This document shows, in pieces, positions 23,153-31,236 of a DNA stretch of 32,000 nt. The notes under the pieces are model-generated. The model was not told where the DNA came from. It searched no databases and saw only the letters and a program-made list of their open reading frames with translations. The DNA lies in the NCBI GenBank assembly GCA_963704755.1, contig OY969938.1, positions 2,460,001 to 2,492,000 of the forward strand. The letters are read 5' to 3'. The stretch comes from an uncultured Chloroflexia bacterium. GTDB lineage: Bacteria > Chloroflexota > Anaerolineae > Anaerolineales > Anaerolineaceae. The stretch's first letter is position 1; each line of letters opens with the position of its first letter. Position numbers and translations under genes: made by a program.

Positions 23153-24478
23153 ATGAATCTGAAATTCTTTCCACGCATTGCCTTCTATATCTTCCTGGTT
23201 TTCACCCTGCTTTTTCAGGTCCTCATCCCAGTCCAGGCCCAAGACGAATCTGGCTCTCCTTGGGACCAGATCGTGGACGAGGATGGTCACCTGCTGACCG
23301 ATAACCTGATCGACCTGGGCGAGACGACCGAGGAAGCCGACTGGATGGACATTCCCCTGCCGTTCGACTTGGAGCTGGACCTGGACGCCAATTACCACCG
23401 CTACGAAACCCCAGATGGCGACGTGGTGGTGCTCCCCTCCCCTCTGACGGTCATGATGATGGCCATGAACCCGGTCGAGAGCGGCCTGGCACAGGTGGAC
23501 AGCCAGCTTGCCCTGGGTGGATTCGTGGTCTCGGAGTTCCTGGGTTCCCTGCTCGGCGACCACATCGATTGGGACCAGGTCAGCCAGGCTTACCCCCAGT
23601 ACAGCGATCCGGACACTTTCTGGCAGGCGGTTCTGGATGGGCAGGCCAACGTATGGACCTGCTTTGCCGGGCTGGATTTCCTGACCGACCTCTCCATGCT
23701 GAGCTGGAACGACCTGAACCTGCGCATGGGTCTGCTGCTGTACCTGAACGGGGTCGCCAACTGCGAGCAGATCCCGGGCGGCTGCTCGGGGATCGTCGAC
23801 GACCACATCCTGCCCCAGACCTGCGCCGCTCCCAGCGTGACACTCCAGCAGCCCACCCTCCTGATCGAAAAGGTAGCGCCTCAGAACCCGCTGGTCGTGG
23901 GCCAGGACCCGCAAAAACGCGGCGCCGACGTGGAAATTTCGGTCCGGATCCCGCCGGTGATCTACACCTGGTACGAGCCGGTGTACCAGAACGTGCAGGT
24001 CTGCCGCGACCTGCGCGATGGTGAGCCGGCCGACTGCCGCCAAACAGGCACTTCCCTGACAGAGGACGGGAAGGCCGATCACCAACGGATCCTGGTGGAT
24101 TGTAAACATCACGTCGAATACCTGCCCGACCCGGTGGTGGACGTGCAGGCCGGCGCCCGCCTCGACCCGGCCAGCAAATCCTGGATCTTGAACCAGCTGA
24201 GCGGCGCTTATTACGAAGCTTACATCCACCGGGAGAGCTTCAACCTGGTGCCCGGCCTGACGGCCTGGTCAGGCGGCTGCAGCGGTGGGGTCTGCACGGC
24301 CTCGGCACTGGCCGGCCGGGTGCCCTTCGCCGACCCGGGCAAGTTCGATCTCAGCCTCAAAGTGCAGACGGCCGGCACCACCTTCAACGGCCAACCCGTC
24401 ACCCAACCGCGCTCGCTGAGCGCCACCGGCCAGATGCAGGTGTACGTCACCCTGACCACCCTGATCGATCAGCCATGA
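23153..24478 (+). CDS. Secreted acidic 441-aa protein, unknown function
   Basis: The ATG lies 4 nt after the upstream stop and has GAGGTGA upstream. The signal-like N-terminus is MNLKFFPRIAFYIFLVFTLLFQVLIPVQAQDE. It is rich in D/E/L/Q with several Cys (CFAG, NCEQIPGGCSG, QTCAAP, VCRD, DCRQ, DCKH, GGCSGGVC). GC3 bias supports this strand over the antisense 430-aa ORF. Confidence 0.8.
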   Translation: MNLKFFPRIAFYIFLVFTLLFQVLIPVQAQDESGSPWDQIVDEDGHLLTDNLIDLGETTEEADWMDIPLPFDLELDLDANYHRYETPDGDVVVLPSPLTVMMMAMNPVESGLAQVDSQLALGGFVVSEFLGSLLGDHIDWDQVSQAYPQYSDPDTFWQAVLDGQANVWTCFAGLDFLTDLSMLSWNDLNLRMGLLLYLNGVANCEQIPGGCSGIVDDHILPQTCAAPSVTLQQPTLLIEKVAPQNPLVVGQDPQKRGADVEISVRIPPVIYTWYEPVYQNVQVCRDLRDGEPADCRQTGTSLTEDGKADHQRILVDCKHHVEYLPDPVVDVQAGARLDPASKSWILNQLSGAYYEAYIHRESFNLVPGLTAWSGGCSGGVCTASALAGRVPFADPGKFDLSLKVQTAGTTFNGQPVTQPRSLSATGQMQVYVTLTTLIDQP

Positions 24479-25158
24479 GCTTCCTCACCCAGTTGGGCTG
24501 GTTCTTCCTCGACCTGCCAATTTACCTGGCCAACGGCATCCTGCTGGTGCTGTACTGGCTGGTGGGCAACCTCCCGGCGCTGGTGAGTATGGCCATGGCC
24601 GGCCTGGTCGTGTCAATCCCGGACCGCCTGGTCCAGGAGCGCACCGGCCGGCCGCTGCGGGGGGAACGGGCCGGCACGCTGCAAGGAACCCGTACTGCTC
24701 AAATGATGACCGGGCTGGTCCTGCTGCTGTGGTTGGGTGGGCAGTGGGGCATGGCAGCGCCGGTACCCTGGATCGGGGCAGCCATGTGGGTGCTGGGCAC
24801 CCTGGCCGTTGTCCTCATGCAGAACCAGCAGTTCAACCTGCTCTGGTTCGTCAAAACCGGCATCGCCGTGTACGCCCTGGCGGTCATCGCCAGCCGGCTG
24901 TACCTGGCCTACACCCTCCAACTGACCTCCGATCAGTGGGCCGCCCTGATCGGTTCCTCACAGAGCGCCGCGCAGGTCATCGCCAATACACGCGGCAACA
25001 TGACCACCATCATCCTGTGGGCGTTGTGGCTGGTCATCCCCCTGGGATATTTTTCCATGTTGTTGCAGCAGGTTTTCCTCAACCCGGTGTCCATCCTCAA
25101 CCCGGCCGGCAGCGTCGAGAAGGCCCTGCAAGCCCTGCGTTACCGGGGTGGGCGCTGA
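24475..25158 (+). CDS. Polytopic integral membrane protein, unknown function
   Basis: It overlaps the upstream gene by ATGA. The product is 227 aa with ~5-6 hydrophobic segments (FFLDLPIYLANGILLVLYWLVG, LVSMAMAGLVV, MMTGLVLLLWLGG, IGAAMWVLGTLAVVLM, IAVYALAVIASRLYLAY, TIILWALWLVIPLGYFSMLL). Confidence 0.75.
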   Translation: MSFLTQLGWFFLDLPIYLANGILLVLYWLVGNLPALVSMAMAGLVVSIPDRLVQERTGRPLRGERAGTLQGTRTAQMMTGLVLLLWLGGQWGMAAPVPWIGAAMWVLGTLAVVLMQNQQFNLLWFVKTGIAVYALAVIASRLYLAYTLQLTSDQWAALIGSSQSAAQVIANTRGNMTTIILWALWLVIPLGYFSMLLQQVFLNPVSILNPAGSVEKALQALRYRGGR

Positions 25159-25299
25159 GATGGTAGGGCGGTGGACGAGACCGGCGAACCGTGGTTCGCA
25201 CGCCTCGTACGCTGCCCTGCACAGAAGTGGAGGGAGCAGAACAAACCCTCATCGTTGGAAGTTCCACACCGTTCGCTTTATTCATCCTTCGGAGGAAAA

Positions 25300-25497
25300 A
25301 TGTTGGAGTTGATGCAAGACTGCAGAAACGCCGGGCTCGCCATCGCGAGCGGCATCGTCGGGATTGGGCTGTTGGCGCTCCTGGCCCAGGTAAGCTGGTT
25401 TGTATCCTGTCTGATCAAGAGGCTGCGCGCCTCGCGCCGGAAGCCGGTGATCATCGAGGTGTTCGCCCCGGAAGTCAAGTACCTGCCGCGGCCTTGA
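25300..25497 (+). CDS. 65-aa single-pass membrane protein
   Basis: GGAGGAAAA precedes the ATG. The product is MLELMQDCRNAGLAIASGIVGIGLLALLAQVSWFVSCLIKRLRASRRKP..., one TM followed by a basic tail. The upstream part of track ORF 25171-25497 lacks an RBS. Confidence 0.55.
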   Translation: MLELMQDCRNAGLAIASGIVGIGLLALLAQVSWFVSCLIKRLRASRRKPVIIEVFAPEVKYLPRP

Positions 25498-25504
25498 GCT
25501 GCGG

Positions 25505-25548
25505 GGGTCTTCTCAACTCACCAGGCTTCTGGTGGGCTGAGAAGACCC
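25505..25548 (+). promoter_or_regulatory. Long two-tier RNA hairpin in the intergenic spacer before the ATPase gene
   Basis: GGGTCTTCTCA (25505-25515) pairs perfectly with TGAGAAGACCC (25538-25548). An inner stem is CACCAG (25519-25524) with CTGGTG (25529-25534), and the loop is GCTT. There is no T-run. The RBS GAGAGG and the ATG at 25563 follow. Confidence 0.5.
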
Positions 25549-25562
25549 AACGAGAGGATTTT

Positions 25563-28500
25563 ATGCTGAAACGATTATCCCAAACCATCCATCAAGCCGG
25601 CCAGGTGTGCCCGTCCTGGCTGCGAGGGCAACGGGCCACCCTGCACCTGCCGGACGACCTGCAGGTCGACCAGTCCGGGGTGGCTTTCGTGGATGGCAAG
25701 GACCAGTTGGACTACCTCTGGTTCCAGGTAGTAGAAAAGGAAGGCGGTCGAGCCTACCCCGGCTACCGGGTGGTGCGCCTGCTGCAGCTGCGCTACATTC
25801 CCCTGGAAGCGCGGGCGGATGCCGGCCTGCTGCAGAAAATGCGCACCGCCTTGCGGGGTATGTATTCGGCGGGTGTCAACCTGGTCTACCTGGCAGCCGG
25901 CATCTTCAGCGGCGAATCCCCGGTGGGGATCGTGCAGTGTTATGGGGTGAGCGCTTTCGATGCAGACCTCGAAGCGGCCAGGTCGCGCTCGTATAAAGAT
26001 TTGATGGCCTTGCGCTCCACCCTGACCGGGGCATACCGCCAGTTACGCCTGGAGCCGGTCGACGTACGCCTGGCCGGCTGGATCTTTTCGGCCTTCCAAC
26101 GCATGCCCCATGCCCTGGTGGTGGTGGGACACCCGGACCCGCGCGAGAACGCCCGCGGCGGGGAACGCTCGTTGGGCGAACCGGTATTGGACAGCGACCC
26201 GGCTGCTCAGAACTATTCCATGCAGCAGAACGAACTGCTCTTCCGTGGGATGAGCGAGGTGCGCGAGGATTTCCTCTTCGTCACCCTGACCTCGCCGCTT
26301 TCCATCCCGTTGATTTTGCGCATGTTGACCGGCCTGGCCGAGGAAACTTCCACCTGGGCCTCGCTCCAGCAGGGCGTCCGCGGGGCAGCCTTTGGGGTAT
26401 CGCTGCCGGCGGCCCTGGTGGCCAGCGTAGCCGACCAGGCTTCACACTCCTATGCCGAGAACAGCGGCTCGTCCACCACCCAGGGTGTGGCTCAAACCGA
26501 GGGGCTGGCCAATACCCAGGGCCAGGCCCACACCGTCGGGCACGCCACCACCCAGGGTTGGGCGCACACCATCACCGAAGGCGAAAGCGTTACCCAGGGC
26601 ACCTCCCATACCCAGGGTAGCGCCGTTAGCGACGGCAAAACGGTGACCGACGGGCAGTCCCATACCGATGGTGTGTCTTCGATGGCCTCCCATTCGGACA
26701 GCGTGGCCTGGGGACTGCGCGGATCGCTCGAGCCGGTGGGCATCGGGCTGGGCGGTGGTGTGAACTGGGGCTCGGCCGACAGCGCCAGCTCCGGCGCCAG
26801 TTCGGCCGACAGCAACATGCACTCCGAATCGACCAGCCACGGCCAGACGGCCAGCCAGGCGGACACCCAATCCCAAGCCGTCACCCAGAACCACTCCGAA
26901 TCCTGGACGACCTCGGGGTCCGAAACCGATTCGGTGGCGGACACCACCAGCCAATCCCAGACCCAGAGTCAGGCGACCACCCATTCGGACGCCGCCAGCC
27001 AGAGCAGCGGCCTGGCCTACGGGCAGACGCTCGGGCGGGGCACCAGCAGCGGGCTGTCGGTGGCCATCGCCCCCTCCTTCTCGATCTCCAACAGCCACCA
27101 GTGGCAGTACGACCCGGCCATACTGGTCACCCAAATCCTGCGCACCCAGGAACGCTTGCTGAACATCGCCGGCCAGGAAGGCGCTTATTACACCGACGTG
27201 TACGCGCTGGCCGGCACACCCCAGGGTAAGCAAGCCCTGATGGGCCTGATCGCCGAGGCTTTCCATGGCACCGAAGACGTGGTCACCGGCGTCCAGGTGC
27301 GCGACCTGAACGAAGAGGAGAGCGCCTACATCGCCCTGCACGCCCGGGCGTTTACCCCTTCCACGCGGGTCGAGGAGATCCCCCAGGTGATCTCCGGCTA
27401 CGCCGATTCCACCATCCTCAATATGCTGCAGGTGGCGGCCTACACCGCCCCGGGCATGTTCGAACAGGGCACCGCCCTGACCACCCAGGAGGCCACCCCT
27501 GCTTTTGCTTTTTATCCCGAGATGCCGGGCCGGGTGATCCTGGGCCGACAGTGGTCGAGCGAGACCGGCCAGCTCTCGGACACCCTGCTCAAGTTGTCCC
27601 CTGAACGCCACTTCCACTCGGCCTTCGTGGGGGATACCGGCTTCGGCAAGTCGGTGGCGGCCGAGCGGCTGGCCTACGAGACCACCTTGAACTGGCATTA
27701 CCGCACCATCGTCCTGGATTTCGGGCAGGGCTGGCGCAAAGCTCTGCGCTGGCCGGGACTGGAGGGGCGGGTGGACGTGCGCCAGCTTTACCCAGGCGCT
27801 CCCCGGCCGCTGCGCTGGAACTTCTTGCAGGTGCCCAAACGCATCGACGCCTCGCGCTACCGCAGCCTGGTGGCCGAGCTGTTCGCTAACGCTGGCTGCA
27901 TGGGCGCCCGCCAGTTGGGTTTCATGCGCCGGGCGCTGACCGAGCTGTACCAGGAGCAGGGCGTGTTGACCACGGATTTCTCCCTGCAAGGAGGCTCAAT
28001 GGGCAGCCTCCAGGGCGAAGCCGAGGCGCGCCTAGTTCGCGAAAAGCGGGAAGCCGAGCATATTTCCGGAACCGTCCAGCCTGGCACCCGCCTGGAGGAA
28101 CTGTCCCCGGCGGAGCTGCAAGCCCTGGCGGTCTACCGCAGCCGAAACGTCAGCCCGCTGGACTGGGTCAACCGGCTGCGCAAATACCTGGCCGGCATCA
28201 AATACGACCAGAGCAGCAAGACCAGCCTGGAAGGTGTGCTGCTGCGCCTGGAGCCTTTCGCCGAAGGCCAGATGGCCTGCCAGTATGGGCCGGGACCCGA
28301 CACGCAGGCGGTGGAAAATCTGGGCCTGGCCGGGAGCGCCGGCGACCCCTGGGGATTGAGCGTGATCGAGGGCGGGGCCGAGATGGACGAATTCTCCAAG
28401 GCGGCCTTGCTGTCGCTGCTAGCCACCATCCTGTATTTCGACGCGGTCGCCCGCCGGCGGGAAGGCCTGGCCGGGGTACATTTCCCACCGCTGCAGATCT

Positions 28501-29000
28501 TCTTCGAGGAAGCCAACAAGATCCTGGCCGGCGTCTCCGGCGGGGCGGCCTCTGACAGTAATGCAAAAGACGGCGGCAACTCGGTCAGCTCCATCATCCA
28601 GTCCATGTGGCGGGATGGGCGCAAATACCGTATTTTCCTGCACCTCCTGGCCCAGACGGTCAACGAGCTGCCGGAGGGCATCCTGGCTTCCTGCGCCAAC
28701 ATCTTTGTTTTCCAGACCAAGAACCCCCGCGATCGGGACCTGATCCTGCCCCACCTGGGGCGCAGCGAAAAAGGCCTGGTCAACACCAACTACAAGCGCT
28801 ACCTGGCCCGCATCCCCAAGACCTACGCGGTGGCTAAGCTGGGCTACAGCGAGGACGTCTTCCAGATGGAGCCGGTGCTGGTACGGCCGCTGCAGGTGCC
28901 CGGCAGTGAACCCTCGGACCGGGACATCGTCGCATCCCTGGGCTGGGGACTGCCCTTTTCCGAGGAAGAAATCAACCACCTTTTCGAAGCAGACATCTAG
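25563..29000 (+). CDS. 1145-aa HerA/FtsK/VirB4-class P-loop ATPase with unknown N-terminal domain and hexapeptide-repeat low-complexity insert
   Basis: ATG is preceded by GAGAGG. Walker A is HSAFVGDTGFGKSVAAERL, followed by TIVLDFGQGW. Walker B-like is PLQIFFEEANKIL. A C-terminal block reads GRKYRIFLHLLAQTVNELPEGILASCANIFVFQTKNPRD. This layout fits HerA/VirB4/T4CP-type ATPases, but the exact family is not resolvable by eye. The 5' part of track ORF 25191-29000 is discounted. Confidence 0.8.
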   Translation: MLKRLSQTIHQAGQVCPSWLRGQRATLHLPDDLQVDQSGVAFVDGKDQLDYLWFQVVEKEGGRAYPGYRVVRLLQLRYIPLEARADAGLLQKMRTALRGMYSAGVNLVYLAAGIFSGESPVGIVQCYGVSAFDADLEAARSRSYKDLMALRSTLTGAYRQLRLEPVDVRLAGWIFSAFQRMPHALVVVGHPDPRENARGGERSLGEPVLDSDPAAQNYSMQQNELLFRGMSEVREDFLFVTLTSPLSIPLILRMLTGLAEETSTWASLQQGVRGAAFGVSLPAALVASVADQASHSYAENSGSSTTQGVAQTEGLANTQGQAHTVGHATTQGWAHTITEGESVTQGTSHTQGSAVSDGKTVTDGQSHTDGVSSMASHSDSVAWGLRGSLEPVGIGLGGGVNWGSADSASSGASSADSNMHSESTSHGQTASQADTQSQAVTQNHSESWTTSGSETDSVADTTSQSQTQSQATTHSDAASQSSGLAYGQTLGRGTSSGLSVAIAPSFSISNSHQWQYDPAILVTQILRTQERLLNIAGQEGAYYTDVYALAGTPQGKQALMGLIAEAFHGTEDVVTGVQVRDLNEEESAYIALHARAFTPSTRVEEIPQVISGYADSTILNMLQVAAYTAPGMFEQGTALTTQEATPAFAFYPEMPGRVILGRQWSSETGQLSDTLLKLSPERHFHSAFVGDTGFGKSVAAERLAYETTLNWHYRTIVLDFGQGWRKALRWPGLEGRVDVRQLYPGAPRPLRWNFLQVPKRIDASRYRSLVAELFANAGCMGARQLGFMRRALTELYQEQGVLTTDFSLQGGSMGSLQGEAEARLVREKREAEHISGTVQPGTRLEELSPAELQALAVYRSRNVSPLDWVNRLRKYLAGIKYDQSSKTSLEGVLLRLEPFAEGQMACQYGPGPDTQAVENLGLAGSAGDPWGLSVIEGGAEMDEFSKAALLSLLATILYFDAVARRREGLAGVHFPPLQIFFEEANKILAGVSGGAASDSNAKDGGNSVSSIIQSMWRDGRKYRIFLHLLAQTVNELPEGILASCANIFVFQTKNPRDRDLILPHLGRSEKGLVNTNYKRYLARIPKTYAVAKLGYSEDVFQMEPVLVRPLQVPGSEPSDRDIVASLGWGLPFSEEEINHLFEADI
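26478..26681 (+). repeat. 18-nt-period coding repeat (T-x-G-x-[AS]-x hexads) inside the ATPase
   Basis: The repeats read TQGVAQ/TEGLAN/TQGQAH/TVGHAT/TQGWAH/TITEGESV/TQGTSH/TQGSAVS/DGKTV/TDGQSH/TDGVSS. An S/T/Q/D/G-rich tract follows to about 27040. Confidence 0.85.
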
Positions 29001-29010
29001 GAGGACCTGT

Positions 29011-29913
29011 ATGGAGCCCAAGAAACGTTCACCTTTCCTGGCCATTGCCCTGGCTGTGATCATCGCCCTGATGGTCATTGCCCTGCTCAACGGCTTCATC
29101 CGCCCCACGGACGTGGTCGTCGCCAAAGCCGCTATCGCGCCGGGCACCATCCTTTCGGCGGACCTGGTCGAGCTGCGTTCCATCCCGGCCGCGGCCAAAC
29201 CGGCGGACGCTTTCTCTCAAGTAGAGGATGTGGAAGGCAAGAGCCTGGCAGTGGGGCGCGCCTCGGGCGATTTCATCGTCGCCTCCGTCCTGGGCGAGGC
29301 CTCTGCGGCCGGAATCCCCTCCCAACTGGAGCCGGGCCACGTGGCCCTGGCGGTCAGCGTCGACCTGGCCTCGGGTGTGGCCGGGCTGCTGCGCCCGGGC
29401 CAGACCGTGACGGTCATCGGGTTGCTGACCCCGGACGTCCTGCAGGACGCCGTCTCGGTGGTCGCGGCGCACTACCCATCCGGGGTCGAACCCACGCTGG
29501 AGACGACCGGGCTTTTCGCTTCGCCGACCCCCACGCCCACCCCGGCCCCACCGGCCGCACCGCTGGCCCGCCTGGCCATCAGCGGGCTGAAGGTGCTGAT
29601 GGTGCCCCAATCCTTCCGCTACGAAGAGCTACCCTCCGGCGATTCGGAAGAACAGCTCTATTCCTCGGCACGCACGACCATGGCCACCCAGGGCAGCAGT
29701 GTGGTGGTGCTGGACGTGCCCACCGCTGTCGTGGAAGTGGTGCCCGGTCTGCGGGCCGACCCGGCCTCGCTGCTGGCCGCCCTCAACGATTTCGGTGCGC
29801 TGCACCTGGCCCTGGAGCCGGCCGGCGGGCTGCAGACCGGCGACCTGGTGACCCTCAACCTGGGCGACCTATACAACTCATTGAACGACGACCGCAGCAA
29901 CGAGGGGCGTTAG
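29011..29913 (+). CDS. cpaB: CpaB/RcpC-family Flp pilus assembly protein
   Basis: AGGAGGA precedes the ATG. The product is 300 aa with an N-terminal TM (FLAIALAVIIALMVIALL), then a SAF-like segment VVVAKAAIAPGTILSADLVELRSIPAAAKPADAF...VEGKSLAVGRASGDFI. A TP/AP linker and a C-terminal domain follow. Confidence 0.8.
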   Translation: MEPKKRSPFLAIALAVIIALMVIALLNGFIRPTDVVVAKAAIAPGTILSADLVELRSIPAAAKPADAFSQVEDVEGKSLAVGRASGDFIVASVLGEASAAGIPSQLEPGHVALAVSVDLASGVAGLLRPGQTVTVIGLLTPDVLQDAVSVVAAHYPSGVEPTLETTGLFASPTPTPTPAPPAAPLARLAISGLKVLMVPQSFRYEELPSGDSEEQLYSSARTTMATQGSSVVVLDVPTAVVEVVPGLRADPASLLAALNDFGALHLALEPAGGLQTGDLVTLNLGDLYNSLNDDRSNEGR

Positions 29914-29916
29914 CTC

Positions 29917-31234
29917 ATGGGCGATAAAGTCACTTTGATGCTGGCCGGAGCCGGTCACGAGGCCGTCTTCTACCAGATGCAGCCGGCTTTCCTCTCGGAC
30001 GAGCGCTTCTCGCTCGCTACCCACGCCACCCAGTGGTCGCTTTTCGAGCCGAATTTACAGCAGATGCAGCCAGACCTGGTGATCGTGGGAGCGGAAATTG
30101 CACCCGGGCCGGACGTCTTGCTGCCGGTCCTCTCCCGCCTGCAAGCCTGGAACGGGGTCGCCATCGTGGTACTCCCCACCGCCCTCAAAGACCTGGAAGG
30201 GGTCTTCCGGGCAGCCTCGGCGGTGGTGCGCGGGGTGTACGTCGCCCCGGTCTCGTGGGTCGAGATCGCCCAGGCCGGCTACAGCGCAGTGATGACCGAG
30301 CGCGCCAGGTTGGCCAACACGGCTCCTCTGCAGCAGCCTTTAGCTGCATCCACCCTGGGGGTCAGCAGCTCCTACCCCACGGCGGTGACCGGCACCCGGC
30401 GGATCGCGGTCCTGTCCCACGCCGGGGGCGCGGGCTCCTCGACAGTTGCCGAGAACCTGGCCTATGTCCTGGGAGTGCAGAACAGCGTGCAGACCCTGCT
30501 GCTTTCCCTGGGCCTGCCGCCGGCCGCGGTAGCTCATCTCAAGCTCAAGGTCGCCCCGACCACCGAGGAATACCTGGACCGGCCGGGAAAACCGGCCCTG
30601 CAGGCCGCCCTACAGACCCGCGAAGGGTTGGAGGTACTGGTGGCCCCGGACACTTCAGCAGCCTACCTCAAGGGTGACGAGATCTCCCGCCGGGGTGCCC
30701 GTGAGCCTGGCAGCCTGTATTCCCTGCTGCTGGACTGCGAGACCGGCCGGCACGCGGCCATCATCATGGACGTTCCCTCTCACGAGGACACCTGGACGAT
30801 CCACCCGCTGGTTTTCGCCAACACAATTTTGATCGTGGCCCGGCCCACCCTGGCGGACTGCGCCGCGGTGCGCCATACCCTCAACCTGCTGCTGTACGGG
30901 TTGCGCGAGGAAAACCGCAAGCCCAAGGAGTTCGATCCACCTGGTGCTCAACCAGGTCTCTGAGCGCAGCGGCCTGACCCCGCGCAGCTTCCAGCAGACC
31001 CTGGTGGAGACGGTCGGCTGGGCGCCGCCGGTCGCCGCCATCCTGCCCTTCGACCCGGCCGTGACCCAGGCCCAGGACAACTTCCTCATCCCGGTCACCC
31101 GCTCGGAGGGCTTCGCCAAAGGCATCCAGGCCATCGTCCAGGCCCTGTTCCGCGACTTTGCCCGCTTTGGTCGCGAGGCGGAGACCCACAAGAAGAGCGG
31201 CCTGCGCCTGCCGCGCATCCGCATTGGGAGCTGA
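29917..31234 (+). CDS. tadZ: TadZ/CpaE-like ParA/MinD-fold pilus localisation protein, apparent +1 frameshift near 30931
   Basis: There is an N-terminal receiver-like region (DLVIVGAEIAPGPDVLLPVL). The ParA-like core has a degenerate P-loop, IAVLSHAGGAGSSTVAENLAYVL. Frame 1 ends ...ENRKPKEFDPPGAQPGL* (stop 30961-30963). The +1 frame reads SSIHLVLNQVSERSGLTPRSFQQTLVETVGWAPPVAAILPFDPAVTQAQDNFLIPV, the expected continuation, up to the stop at 31232-31234. Confidence 0.7.
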
Positions 31235-31236
31235 GC

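Noticed and set aside
22937-24229. 430-aa ORF on the minus strand
   Set aside because: It is antisense to the 23153-24478 gene in high-GC DNA. Its H/R/G/Q/V-rich composition is typical of shadow ORFs. The plus frame has the GC3 bias, an RBS, a signal peptide and operon context.
25183-25198. Small palindrome GCGAACC-GT-GGTTCGC
   Set aside because: The loop is too small for the full stem, there is no T-run and no obvious context. It is probably incidental.
26442-27989. 515-aa minus-strand ORF, plus 26492-26947 and other antisense ORFs
   Set aside because: These are shadow ORFs opposite the ATPase gene. They have Gly/Arg/Ala-rich junk composition and no RBS, and the plus strand carries clear Walker motifs. 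The same reasoning applies to 28133-28789, 28419-29198, 29029-29610, 30655-31224, 4562-5137, 518-1021 and 3264-3698.
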